Source of the DNA: an uncultured Solirubrobacterales bacterium
GTDB taxonomy: Bacteria > Actinomycetota > Thermoleophilia > Solirubrobacterales > Solirubrobacteraceae
Direction of reading: 5' to 3'
DNA length: 64,000 nt
Assembly: GCA_963836065.1 (NCBI GenBank)
Contig: CAWIII010000039.1
Coordinates: 20,968 to 84,967 of the forward strand
Made by a program: the position numbers and the translations under genes
Shown: positions 50,141 to 60,222 of the stretch, one piece after another
Numbering within the stretch: the stretch's first letter is position 1
Layout of the letters: each line of letters starts with the position of its first letter
Notes under the pieces: model-generated
What the model was told of the DNA's origin: nothing
What the model saw: only the letters and a program-made list of their open reading frames with translations
Database searches by the model: none

Positions 50141-50785
50141 TCATGCAACCGGCGGGTTCGTCCGGATCCGCGCCAGAATCGTGGCGATCGCCGTTCGGGC
50201 CCGATCGAGTTCACCCTGATCGCGAAAGAGGACGAAGTGGTAGTTGGCGAGCTCGAGAGCGGCTTGTAGCTCAAAGGCGACCTGCCCGACGTGGGCGTCG
50301 GCGGCGATCTCGCCGCGCCGCTGGGCATCGTGGGCCAGCTCCTTGAGGCCGTCGATGAACGCGCGCTCGCCCGCCACGACCAGCTGATGGATGGGGCCAG
50401 AGCGCGCGTCCATCTCTGCGAGGAGGGAGGCGAAGAAGCAGCCGCCGGGGAAGACGAGGCGCTCGACGTAGGAGATGTAGGCCTCACAGAGGGCTTCGAG
50501 CCGCCGCAGCCCGGCGGGTGCCTGGAGGGCGGGGCGCATGACCTCCTCGGCGAAGATCGCTTGCGCAGTCTCGATTGTCTCCAGCTGCAGCTGCTGCTTG
50601 GAGCCGAAGTGCGCGTAGACGCCTGACTTTGAGACCCCGAGCGCCTCGGCGAGACGGCCGATCGTCAGCCCCTCGATTCCCTCCACCGAGGCGAGCCGGG
50701 TCGCGACGTTGAGGATCGAGGCGTGGGTGCGCTCGCCGTCGCTGCGGCGTGGGCGCTCGCTGCGCAGCTCGTCCGTGGGAGCCAC
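50141..50785 (-). CDS. TetR/AcrR regulator
   Basis: LTIGRLAEALGVSKSGVYAHFGSK; FPGGCFF. Confidence 0.92.
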   Translation of the reverse strand: MAPTDELRSERPRRSDGERTHASILNVATRLASVEGIEGLTIGRLAEALGVSKSGVYAHFGSKQQLQLETIETAQAIFAEEVMRPALQAPAGLRRLEALCEAYISYVERLVFPGGCFFASLLAEMDARSGPIHQLVVAGERAFIDGLKELAHDAQRRGEIAADAHVGQVAFELQAALELANYHFVLFRDQGELDRARTAIATILARIRTNPPVA

Positions 50786-50787
50786 GC

Positions 50788-50816
50788 TTGACAAAGGTAG
50801 CACGGTCGTGCAAACT
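50788..50816 (+). promoter_or_regulatory. Sigma70-type promoter with operator in the spacer
   Basis: TTGACA-N17-CAAACT with palindrome GCACG-gt-CGTGC inside. Confidence 0.55.
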
Positions 50817-50876
50817 AGCCCCTAGATAGTACGAGCGCGCAAACTCGTCTGGTCGTGAGCATCAAGGGGGTGCGCT

Positions 50877-51530
50877 ATGGGCGGTTCGGAGGCGACTGTG
50901 ATCGAAGTGGAGGCTGGGGCCGGCGGCGCTCGGGCGGCGGCGACCGAGCGCCCGATACGGGCGCCACGCAAGGCAGCCGCGGCGGACCTGTCGGCCCTCT
51001 CCGGGACGCTGGCGGCGGCCTTCTTCGACGACCCGGTGTTCGGCTGGGGGATGCCCGCCGCCGACCGCCGACGCGAGATCCTGCCCGCCTTCTTCGCGAC
51101 CGTCAGCGAGGCATACCTGCCCCACGGGGAGATCTACACGACCGACGACCTCGTCGCCGCGGCGGTCTGGGCTCCGCCGGGGATCGAGGACGACGGCGAC
51201 CGGCTGGCGGCCGCGCTCGGAGAGGTGTCGGGCGAATACGCCCAGACGCTGTTCGAGGCCTTTGAGCTGATGGACGAGCAGCATCCTCGGGACCCGCACC
51301 ACTACCTCTTCTTCCTCGGCACCAGGCCCGAGTGGCAGGCGCAGGGAATCGGATCGGCGCTGATGAAGCCCATGCTCGATCGCTGCGATCGGGACGGGAT
51401 GCCGGCCTACCTGGAGGCGACGAGCGAGCGAAACCGGCGCCTCTATCTACGCCACGGATTCGACGTGACCGGCGAGATCCGCCTCCCCGACGGGCCGAGC
51501 ATGTGGCCGATGTGGCGGGAGCCGATCTGA
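50877..51530 (+). CDS. GNAT acetyltransferase
   Basis: AFFDDP, YLFFLGTRPEWQAQGIGSAL, YLEAT...LYLRHGF. Confidence 0.9.
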   Translation: MGGSEATVIEVEAGAGGARAAATERPIRAPRKAAAADLSALSGTLAAAFFDDPVFGWGMPAADRRREILPAFFATVSEAYLPHGEIYTTDDLVAAAVWAPPGIEDDGDRLAAALGEVSGEYAQTLFEAFELMDEQHPRDPHHYLFFLGTRPEWQAQGIGSALMKPMLDRCDRDGMPAYLEATSERNRRLYLRHGFDVTGEIRLPDGPSMWPMWREPI

Positions 51531-51586
51531 TGCCAGACGCGCGATCGACGCTACGGAGCTCTTCCCGTGCCAGCAGGGACCGGGCA

Positions 51587-51913
51587 TGATCGTCAGCCTG
51601 TTCGAAACCGGCCGCGTGGCCGCGTAGGGACGTTGGAGTTGGACGTCGATCAGGCCGAATATCAACGGGCCCTTTGAGCGAATGTTCGGCGTGGCCTCCC
51701 AGATGCCTGGCTTCATCGGCATCGAGCGGTACGCGGCCGCCGACGGCGGTGAGCTCGCCATCGTCAAGTTCGAGTCAGAGGAAGCGCAGGCCGCGTGGAG
51801 GAGCCACCCCGAGCACGTGAAGATCCAGCGGAGGGCGCGCCAGGCCTTCTAATTCCCACCAGGTCACCGTCGCCAGGGTCATCCGCGATTACTCCTTCCC
51901 AGGGCCGGCTTGA
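51587..51913 (+). pseudogene. Antibiotic biosynthesis monooxygenase (ABM) family pseudogene
   Basis: QMPGFIG...FESEEAQAAWRSHPEH..IQ; stop and frameshift on both sides. Confidence 0.65.
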
Positions 51914-51914
51914 G

Positions 51915-52875
51915 CGGAGGCGGCGCTGGCCAAAGGCGCGACCTGGCCTGGACCAAGAGCCGGAACCTGGGGTACCTGATCGATCAGCCCCGCGATCTCG
52001 AGGCGGCGTTTGCGCTCGCGTGCCGCCGCACGACCGTCGATCTCTGAGAGGATCACGTCGAGGTGGTCGAGCGTCTGGTCCTGGGCGCGCAGCTCCCCGA
52101 TCGCGGCGAACGCGGTCAGCGCAGGCGAGAGCACCCGCAGCTCCCTGGGCCAGCCAAGGGAGAGGACGATCCCCTCTGCGGTCGGCTTGACCGGCCCGTG
52201 CCTGAGCCACTCAAGCTGTGTCTCGCTTGAGCCTTCATGGACTCTGAACTGAGCGCACGCTCGAGCGCGCGCCGCTCGTCTGCTGTCACACCGCGGGCGA
52301 TCAGCTCATACCCGCGCTCGGCTGCGCGATGGCAGACCGTGCCGACCAGCCGCCACAGCACACTCGCGCCTGGGAGCAGCACCTTTGAGGCGATCAGATG
52401 ATCGACCGACCGGTCAAACAGCGCCCGGTGGCTCTCCGCCGACACCCACGCCCTGGCCTCCAGCCACCGCATAGCTAGCTCAAGCTCGACGTCGGGTTCG
52501 TGGAACTCGCGGTAACCGTACTCCCGGCGGATCTCCGCCTGATGGTCCCACCGTGCCTCACCCCGCGCGTACGCCCCAAGCCCGGACGGGTCCACCCCGA
52601 GCTCGCGGGCGACCCAGCGGACCACCTGCTCGGACACGCTGGAGGGATCCTCGAGGAACCGACCGAGGTAGCGGACGGTACCCAGCTGCACGGCGAACCC
52701 GAGCCGGTTGCACTCGCGCCGGCGCTTGCAGATCAGCTCGCGGTCTCGCTCATCGAAGAAGAACTCGGCCAGCTCATCGGCGGGACAACCGCACCGGAAA
52801 GCGGCCGTAATCCTCCGGCGGACCACGCCTGCCGTAGCGCGCGGCCTCGAGCGCGATCACCTCCGCCGGCGTCAC
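51915..52875 (-). pseudogene. Tn3-family transposase N-terminal (DUF4158) fragment
   Basis: FFFDERDREL...NRLGFAVQLGTVRYLG, LLPGASVL.RL; GTG overlaps recombinase stop. Confidence 0.82.
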
Positions 52876-53763
52876 TGGTCGACCGCCAGACCGTCGACCG
52901 CCAGCTGCCGATCCCCCAGCGACGGCATAGGCTATAGCGGCGGGTCGTCTCAAGCTTGCGATGACCAGCCATGTCAGCGACCAGCACCACATCGTTGCCG
53001 GCACGCACCAGGCTCGTCACCCACGTATGTCGAAGGACATGAGCCGAGAGCTCGAGGCCCGCCGCCCGGCCGAGCTTGCGCACCACCTCATCCACCGAAC
53101 GCGCGCTCAACCGCCCGCCCGCGCGCGAGACGAACAGCGGCTCGCCGCCGATGCGAGCGGCGGGCGCGGGCCGCTTCTTCAGCCACTCGTCAAGCGCCTT
53201 GCGCGCCGGCGCGTTCAGCGGCACCTCCCGGTACACGTCGCGCTTGCCCGAGCGGACCACCACAACCGCCTTACGGCCGGACACGCGCGCGTCGTCGAGT
53301 TCGAGCGCCACCAACTCCGACAGCCGCAGCCCGGCATACACGAGCAGCAGTCCGATTGCCCGGTCGCGCGCACCGGCCCGCTCGGCGGCGCGCACGAACG
53401 CCAGCAGCTCGTCGCTATCGAGCGCGCGCGGCGCGGCCTGCGGCAGCCGCCCGCGCGACACGTCCGCCGCCCCAAGCCCGACGAAGCGAAAGAAGTGATC
53501 GACCGCCGCCAGCGCGAGGTTGACCGACGCCGGCGACCATCGCCGCTCCAGCTTCAGATGCCGCTTGAAATCCCTGACCGCATAGTCCCGCGCGGACGAG
53601 TCGGCCGGTGTCTCGCCGTCCCGGGCCGGTCGGTACCGAGCCACTGGACGAATCCCGCGACCTGCCTCGCGTACTCCCGGCGCGTGCGCTCCGACAACGG
53701 CTGACGCTCAAGCCAGACCTCATAGCGCTCGACTAGCTCGGGCAGCTCGTCCACCCCCGACAT
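52872..53763 (-). pseudogene. Tyrosine recombinase (TnpI-like resolvase), two frameshifts
   Basis: SERTRREY; AGLRLSEL, HVLRHT, GHRKLETTRRY. Confidence 0.8.
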
Positions 53764-54269
53764 GGCCATGCACCCTATTTGTCGCGGCGGCGGAACCTGC
53801 GAAACGGATCCTCAAGGAGGCGATTAGCAGCGGCCCGCACGCCGCGAACCGCTAACAACGGCTGTTGGACGCGGCGACCAGAGCGGAGGATGCGGCGATC
53901 GCGCCGAGGCGGCGCCATCTCGAATCAGCTCGCCGATGAGCTAATCAGCTCGCGCTCGCGCTTCGTAATCGGATAGCAGAAGCGATCTGGCTGCACGACC
54001 TCACTCATGGTGGCGTTCCAGAGCGGTCCGTGTCAGGAAGCCTGGATCGGGGTCTCGGCTCTTCCGCTCCGCTGGCAAGCGGCAGTTAATGGAGCGTCGA
54101 CTCGGACACCCGCTGCTCGTCCTTCCAGCGTGATCTCGGCGCCCGCCAAGGCTTCCGCATCCACGCTGAATCGACACTGCAGCCCTCGGGCCGTAACCTG
54201 GAGTCTCGCCTTGCGTTTTGGAAGCAGCTGTTGCGTCCTGTTCAGGTCTTTTCAGCGTACGATGAGGGC

Positions 54270-54440
54270 ATGAAGCAGATCCCTTGCGTCTGTGGCTACA
54301 CGGTCAAGGGCGAGGACGACGACGAGCTCTGCCAGAACGCCCAAGCGCACCTGCGGGAGGACCATCCCGATCTCGTCGGCCAGGTCTCTCGCGCGGACCT
54401 CTTGGCACAGGCGGAGGAGGTTCCTAAGCGGACGTCGTAG
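54270..54440 (+). CDS. DUF1059-like small metal-binding protein
   Basis: MKQIPCVCGYTVKGEDDDEL....AHLREDHPD. Confidence 0.75.
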   Translation: MKQIPCVCGYTVKGEDDDELCQNAQAHLREDHPDLVGQVSRADLLAQAEEVPKRTS

Positions 54441-55197
54441 TCCTCTCCCCCAGCAGACGCCTGTGGACGCTCTGTAGGGCCGGGCTGGGGGCGACGCCCA
54501 GCTCGTCGTGCAGCAGCACGCGCAGGCGATCGTAGGCGAGCAGCGCCTCGGCGACGTTTCCGCGTCGCTCGAGCGCCTCTATCAGGATCCGGTGGCCGGT
54601 CTCGCGGTAGGGGGCAAGCTCGATCAGCTGGCGTGCGCAATCCTCGGCCTGGGAGAGCGTGGGGCCGCCAAGGCCGAGCCTCGCTTCGGCGAAGCACTCG
54701 AGCCCACGTAGATGCACGTCCTCGAGCCGACGCCGCCATTCCTCGAGCCAGCGGCGGTCCTCGCCCTGGAGCAGATGTCTGCGGGCCACGTGGTAGGCGA
54801 CACCCGCGGGCCCCCAGGACTGGGCCCACTCGCCGGCCGCGATGTGAGACTCGGCCCGGTGCAGCGCCTCTCGAGCGGCCTCGACGTCGACGAAGGTATC
54901 GCGCGGCAGCACGAGCTCGATCTCCGAGCGCCCGGCCAGGAGCTCCTGACCGATGACGCTGCGCAGCTTCGAGAGCAGCACGCTCAGGCTCGGATGCTGG
55001 TCCGGCGAGGCGTCATCCCCATAGACGGCCGCCAGCAGTTCGTCCCGGCTCATCCGTCGATCGCGGTTGAGGACCAGGTAGGCGAACAGCAGCCTGCCCT
55101 TCGCCCCCGGTAGCGCGTCCTCGACCCACCTGCCGTCCAGCTCCACCACGAGCCGGCCGCAGAGCTGGATTCGCGTCGCTCGCGGTTGCCTCATCAT
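54424..55197 (-). CDS. SARP-family regulator (wHTH plus BTAD, no ATPase)
   Basis: IQLCGRL, LFAYL, LSKLR, VDVE, PYRE, ELGVAPSP. Confidence 0.9.
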   Translation of the reverse strand: MMRQPRATRIQLCGRLVVELDGRWVEDALPGAKGRLLFAYLVLNRDRRMSRDELLAAVYGDDASPDQHPSLSVLLSKLRSVIGQELLAGRSEIELVLPRDTFVDVEAAREALHRAESHIAAGEWAQSWGPAGVAYHVARRHLLQGEDRRWLEEWRRRLEDVHLRGLECFAEARLGLGGPTLSQAEDCARQLIELAPYRETGHRILIEALERRGNVAEALLAYDRLRVLLHDELGVAPSPALQSVHRRLLGERTTTSA

Positions 55198-55281
55198 GGA
55201 CCAAGCTTAGAAAGGTCGACGAAAGGCCGGGGAAACGTCCGCGCGCGACCCTCACTCTCCAAGCGACAGAAGGGAGTGACG

Positions 55282-55953
55282 ATGGCCACGGAGTTCGAGT
55301 GTGAGAGGGATGGGGTCGTCATCCGCGGCACGGACGCCGACGAGCTGCTGGCGAACGTGGAGCGCCACATCGCCGAGGCTCACCCCGATCTGGTCGGGAA
55401 GGTCTCCCGCGAGGACATCCTCGCGGCGGCGACGGAGGGGGCCAGCGATGCGCGGCAGAGGTGTGAGATGACGGCAGGCGACGGACCGGTGTTGCGCCTG
55501 AAGCGGATCCTGCCTGGCCCTCGGGCGACCGTATACAGGGCGCTGAGCGACCCGGGGGAACTCGCGAAGTGGTGGGGCCCCCGAGGCTTCACCACTCCCA
55601 GCGTTGAGTTCGATCCGCGCGTCGGAGGCAGCTACCGGATCGCGATGCAGCCTCCGGATGGCGACCTCTTCCACCTCTCGGGCGAGTTCCGGGAGGTCGA
55701 TCCTCCCGCCCGTCTGGCGTACACGTTTCGGTGGGATCCCCCCGATCCGGACGACCGGCAGACGGTAGTCGAGCTTTCTCTCCAGGATCGAGGTGAGCGG
55801 ACCGAGGTCCTCTTGGCGCAGGGCGAGTTCGCCACAAAGGAACGCCTTGCGCTCCACGAAGACGGCTGGATCGACAGTTTCGGGCGGCTGGAGCAGGTGC
55901 TCAGCACCTACGAGGAAGAGGGCGTCTCGCTGGTCGCCGCAAGCCGCGCCTAA
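55282..55953 (+). CDS. DUF1059-like domain fused to SRPBCC/AHSA1 domain
   Basis: CERDG...HIAEAHPDLVG then VYRALSDP..LAKWWGP...RLAYTF.W...HEDGW. Confidence 0.75.
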   Translation: MATEFECERDGVVIRGTDADELLANVERHIAEAHPDLVGKVSREDILAAATEGASDARQRCEMTAGDGPVLRLKRILPGPRATVYRALSDPGELAKWWGPRGFTTPSVEFDPRVGGSYRIAMQPPDGDLFHLSGEFREVDPPARLAYTFRWDPPDPDDRQTVVELSLQDRGERTEVLLAQGEFATKERLALHEDGWIDSFGRLEQVLSTYEEEGVSLVAASRA

Positions 55954-56068
55954 GCCGCTACGCCCATCACGCCACATCTCCAACCCGAATCTGGGTGGTG
56001 GCGCCCGGGTCGCGCAAGCGACCCGGGAGGAGGGTCCCACCAACACCACAACGACCCAGGAGGTCAAA

Positions 56069-56638
56069 GTGAGCACAGTTACAGACACGATCCGCAACGG
56101 CGTGGACACCGAGAAAATGTTCGCGACACTGGATCTGATCAAGGCCCAGCCGGAGCTCGCGCGCTTCCAGTTCCGCGCCAGGAACCGCTGGATCGACGGG
56201 TCGCATAACCGTTCGACGATCAAGGGCTTTTACGCCGCGGGCGGGGAGGACACCACCCGCAGCGAGGAGTTTGTGATCGACGCGGGCGAGCCGGCGATCC
56301 TGCTCGGCACCGACACCGGCGCCAACCCGGTCGAGTACCTGCTGCACGCGCTCGCCGCGTGCCTGACGACATCGATCGTCTACGTGGCCGCGGCGCGCAA
56401 GGTCGAGCTCACGTCCGTCGAGTCGACCCTCACCGGCGAGATGGACGTGCGCGGCGCGCTTGGCGTGGACGACGAGCCCCGCAACGGGTTCGAGCGGATC
56501 GGCGTGTCGTTCCGCGTGACGGGCAACGCGCCGGAGGAAAAGCTCCGCGAGGTCGTGGAGCGAGCCCAGAAGCGCTCCGCCGTTTACGACATGGTCACCA
56601 ACGGCGTGCCCGTCGCCGTCGAGGTGACGACCCACTAG
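56069..56638 (+). CDS. OsmC-family protein (single Cys)
   Basis: AGGAGG RBS; NGVD, GEP..LLGTD.GANPVEYLLHALAACL; second Cys position is Ser (RSAV). Confidence 0.88.
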   Translation: MSTVTDTIRNGVDTEKMFATLDLIKAQPELARFQFRARNRWIDGSHNRSTIKGFYAAGGEDTTRSEEFVIDAGEPAILLGTDTGANPVEYLLHALAACLTTSIVYVAAARKVELTSVESTLTGEMDVRGALGVDDEPRNGFERIGVSFRVTGNAPEEKLREVVERAQKRSAVYDMVTNGVPVAVEVTTH

Positions 56639-56710
56639 GCCTCGCATGAGACCCGTGGCCGGAGCCACGCTCCGCCACGGGTCCATGACGAGCAGATCGG
56701 AGAATTCGCG

Positions 56711-57928
56711 ATGCCAATCGAACTCACAGCCCATACCGAAGCCGGCGCCCGCCTGGTGGCGATCGCCGAGGAGCTCTCCCCGCAGCTCGCCTCCCGCGCA
56801 GCCGAGCACGACCGCGACGGCAGCTACCCGTTCGAGGCGATCGACGCGCTCAAGGCGGCCGGCTACTTCGCCGCGCCGGTCCCCGTCGAGCTCGGAGGGC
56901 TCGGTGTGTCATCCGCGCACGACCTGGTCGTCGCGTCAAGCCGCCTGGCGCGCGGCGACGCCTCGATGACGATCGGCGTGAACATGCACCTCGTCGCAGT
57001 GCTCAACATGGAACGCCGTCGCCAGGTCGCCCTCGCGGCCGGCGAAGAGCGCCGCGCCCGAGCCTTTGCTTCGTCGCTCGAAGCGATCGCCCGGGACGGC
57101 GTGGTGCTGGCCGCGGCGATCAGCGAGCGCGGGCAGGACCTCACGCGGCCGGGCACGCGTGCGACCCGCACCGCGTCCGGCTGGCGGATCGACGGTCGCA
57201 AGATGTTCTGCACCATGTCCCCCGCCGCCACCGATCTCTACGTGGCCGTCACCTATGCCGACGGCGACGGCGCCGAGCGCTACGCGTACGCGATGGTGCC
57301 CACCGCCGCGCCCGGCGTCGTCGTTCACGACGACTGGGACGCGCTCGGGATGCGCGCCTCCGGCAGCAACTCAGTCTCGCTCAAGGGCGTCGAGCTGCCC
57401 GAGTCCGGGGTACGGGGCGGCTTCCGCGCCGGCGACCCGCTGCCGTACATGGAGCGCAATCTCGTATCGGGGCTGTTTCACGCCGCGGCCTCGCTCGGGA
57501 TCGCCGAGTCGGCCGACCAGGCCGCCCGCCAGGGCATCGTCGGCCGCATCAACGGCGACGCGCGGCCGCGCATGCAGGTGGCCGAGAACACGATCGATCT
57601 CGCCGCCTCGCGTGGCGTCCTCTCGCGCGCGGCGATGCTGATCGACGAGCATCGCGCCGCCAACCCGGCGTCCGACGGCACCGCCGAGCAGCTCGGCGCG
57701 CTGTTCGCCGAGGCGCAGGCCGCCAAAGCGTTCGTCAACGAGACGGCCGCCCGGATCGTGGACCGTGCGCTCGCGCTCTCGGGCGGCGCCGGCTACGTCA
57801 ACGGCAGCCTTCTCGCCCGCGCGTACCGCGACGTCAAGGCCGGCTCCTTCATGCACCCCCTCGGCGCCAACCGCGCCTACGACTACCTCGGCCACGTCGC
57901 TCTCGGTGAACAGGCCCCGCTCCACTGA
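56711..57928 (+). CDS. Acyl-CoA dehydrogenase-fold flavoprotein, probably a two-component monooxygenase
   Basis: RAAEHDRDG, NMH, GRKMFC, DWDALGMRASGS, RAYRD; flavin reductase follows. Confidence 0.85.
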   Translation: MPIELTAHTEAGARLVAIAEELSPQLASRAAEHDRDGSYPFEAIDALKAAGYFAAPVPVELGGLGVSSAHDLVVASSRLARGDASMTIGVNMHLVAVLNMERRRQVALAAGEERRARAFASSLEAIARDGVVLAAAISERGQDLTRPGTRATRTASGWRIDGRKMFCTMSPAATDLYVAVTYADGDGAERYAYAMVPTAAPGVVVHDDWDALGMRASGSNSVSLKGVELPESGVRGGFRAGDPLPYMERNLVSGLFHAAASLGIAESADQAARQGIVGRINGDARPRMQVAENTIDLAASRGVLSRAAMLIDEHRAANPASDGTAEQLGALFAEAQAAKAFVNETAARIVDRALALSGGAGYVNGSLLARAYRDVKAGSFMHPLGANRAYDYLGHVALGEQAPLH

Positions 57929-57929
57929 G

Positions 57930-58514
57930 ATGGCTCTCGCAGCTCCAGCCCCCGCCGCCCCGGCGCCCGAGGCGCGCTCGTTCCGTGACGCGCTCGGCAG
58001 GTTCACGACCGGCGTCGCGTTCATCACCGCAGCGCCCGACGGCGAGCCCGCCGGGCTGATCGTGAACTCGCTCACCTCCGTCTCGCTCGAGCCGCCCCCG
58101 ATCTCGTTCTGCCCGTCCCGCAGCTCGCTCACCTGGTCACGGATGCGGCGCGGTGCGGCGGGGCGCCTCGGCGTAAACGTGCTGGGACGGCAGCACGAGG
58201 GTTTCGTCGCGCGGGCGGCGCCACCCGGCGCAGATCGATTCGCCGGCCTCAAGTGGGAGCTCGGACCCCGCGGCGTACCCCTACTCCGCGATGCGCTCGC
58301 GTCTTTCGAATGCGAGATCGTAAACGAACACCCCGCCGGGGATCACTGGATCGTCGTCGGACGCGTCGACAACCTGCGCACCTCGCCCACCGAAGATCCG
58401 CTCGTCTTCTTCGCCGGCGAATTCGGCACCCTGCAACAGCCAAGATGGGTCATCCATTTCAGTCAGGTCAGGAATCGTGCGACCGCGTGCCGTCTCCAAT
58501 CGGGCATGCGTTGA
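57930..58514 (+). CDS. Flavin reductase; extreme C-terminus replaced by MITE sequence
   Basis: FRDALGRFTTGV, SLTSVSLEPP, AGDHWIVVGRV, PLVFF. Confidence 0.9.
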   Translation: MALAAPAPAAPAPEARSFRDALGRFTTGVAFITAAPDGEPAGLIVNSLTSVSLEPPPISFCPSRSSLTWSRMRRGAAGRLGVNVLGRQHEGFVARAAPPGADRFAGLKWELGPRGVPLLRDALASFECEIVNEHPAGDHWIVVGRVDNLRTSPTEDPLVFFAGEFGTLQQPRWVIHFSQVRNRATACRLQSGMR

Positions 58515-58654
58515 AGGACCACGATGCTGGGGCTCTCACGGCGTGGGGACGTCGCGGGGGGTCTCATACGGCACCCGCTGGGCGCCGCGGTCGCCCCAAT
58601 GCCCTGGTTCCAGGCCGCAACGCGCGACGAACCTGAGCCAAATGGATAACCCAT
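58445..58654. mobile_element. 210-bp MITE, IS1595-type
   Basis: 24-bp IRs (20/24) atgggtcatccatttcagtcaggt / acctgagccaaatggataacccat; 8-bp direct repeat CAGCCAAG at 58437-58444 and 58655-58662. Confidence 0.88.
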
Positions 58655-59048
58655 CAGCCAAGTAGACCACCGGCGGCCGACGGCGGCGTGCGTTAGGGTC
58701 GAACCAGCGCCTTGCGATCGCGGCGACACCAGGGTCATTCGCTAATCCGTTGGACTACTCTGCAACGGACCACACCGCGATCGCTCAGGCTCCCACTCGC
58801 CCATGACAGGAGGCGTGTCTCGGCTACGGCACCACTGACTGTCGCAACCGGACGTCTGCAGCAGCCCTGACGGCCGATCCGAGGACTGCTGGTTTTCCGA
58901 GGCAATGCGGCAGTGATCGGTCACGGTGCTGGTTTTGAGGAGCCGCAGAAGCCAGCTCCAGAACGCGCGACGCTGCTGCTCTGCGATCGGGGAGCGACGG
59001 TGGCTGCGGCGGGCGAGGCGCGCGACGTGTCGCTGACGGCCGACGCCG

Positions 59049-59091
59049 CTTAGTTAGACCGGTTTTCCCGTACCAACAATCCCCTGACCCC
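59049..59091 (-). repeat. Tn3-family terminal inverted repeat (single end)
   Basis: Minus strand GGGGTCAGGGGATTGTTGGTACGGGAAAACCGGTCTAACTAAG fits GGGG...GAAAA...CTAAG; cuts the adjacent tnpA. Confidence 0.75.
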
Positions 59092-59321
59092 AGCACCACC
59101 GGTGGGACATCCGTCGGGTCGGGCAGGAACGTCCCGAGCCAGCGGACCGTCGTCAGCTGCAGCGCGAACCCCAGCCGGTTCGGCGCGCCGCGACGCTTGT
59201 CGATCAGCTCCCGGTCGGCATCATCCAGGAAGAACACCCGATCGAGATCCGCCCGGGAAAGCTCGCCATCGAACCGCCCGAACGCGGCCGCCTCCGCATC
59301 GGACGGGAACTCGACGGGCAC
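59092..59321 (-). pseudogene. Second Tn3 transposase N-terminal fragment
   Basis: MPVEF...FFLDDADREL...NRLGFALQLTTVRWLGTFL. Confidence 0.85.
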
Positions 59322-59370
59322 GCGGTCACCATAACCCCGATCAGCTCAGCTGCGCGGCCCGCTTAGCTCA

Positions 59371-60012
59371 CTCCTATGTCAAGGGTCGATCGCTGTTTGC
59401 GTGGTTCGAGCCGCAAGGAACCCGGCGGGTTGTGGTGAGAGGCTGCCGAGAGTCGCCGTGGCTGCTGCTCGCAGGTGTGGTGCGACGTTCTTTGCGTCCT
59501 CGCGCGCCGCGCCCCGGGCGCTAGCGCTACCCCCTACACCAGCGGGCAACAGACAACAGCAAGGGGCGGTGAAGGGGGAGCTGGCGCAGACCCGAGGCGT
59601 CGTGTTATCCGCGCGGACAAGACCGCTTCGCTCCCGATGATTGATCTCGCTGGCCACCCCCAGCGCGCAACAAGGGTTGAGGCTGCTCGACGGGGGGCTG
59701 GCCGGCTCGATGCGAACCACGCGACGGCACACAGGAGCAACCCAACCCCATCCCGAACGTCGATGACGCCAACGGCGCCGATATGCGAAATCAAGCGACG
59801 CTCAACAGCGGGCCTTAGAACGGCCCCGGGGGGTTGGAGATCTCAGGCGAGGCAGGGCATCCGGCACGGAGCAGCGGTGATCGGCTCGACGTTGCTGTAC
59901 TCACCTCGGAGCGGATCGAGCGGGATCTCGCCGAGCTCGCCGCGGTCGCACTGTGGGAGGGCTGGTAGGGAGAGGATGCGGTGAAACCGTCTGGCGAGGT
60001 AGCGCTTGAGGT
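59371..60012 (-). mobile_element. Second IS110 remnant (transposase tail plus right end)
   Basis: LKRYLARRFHRIL tail ending at 59843; CTTGACATAGGAG on minus strand at 59371-59383. Confidence 0.6.
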
Positions 60013-60222
60013 TGCGCGGACCCGGGAACGGTTGCCGCGTGAGGCGGTGTCGCTGTTTGCGGCAAACCCGCGCACCCCGCGACTCGCCCGAGCGCCGGCC
60101 CCGATGACCAAGCAGCAGCCGTCCTGCCCCTCGGATCGCAATGGGCTGGCTACTTGTCACTTGGTGCCGCGTTCCTTAACGGCACCCCCACAAGCGCGGT
60201 GGATCAGGCGCTTCGTGATCGG

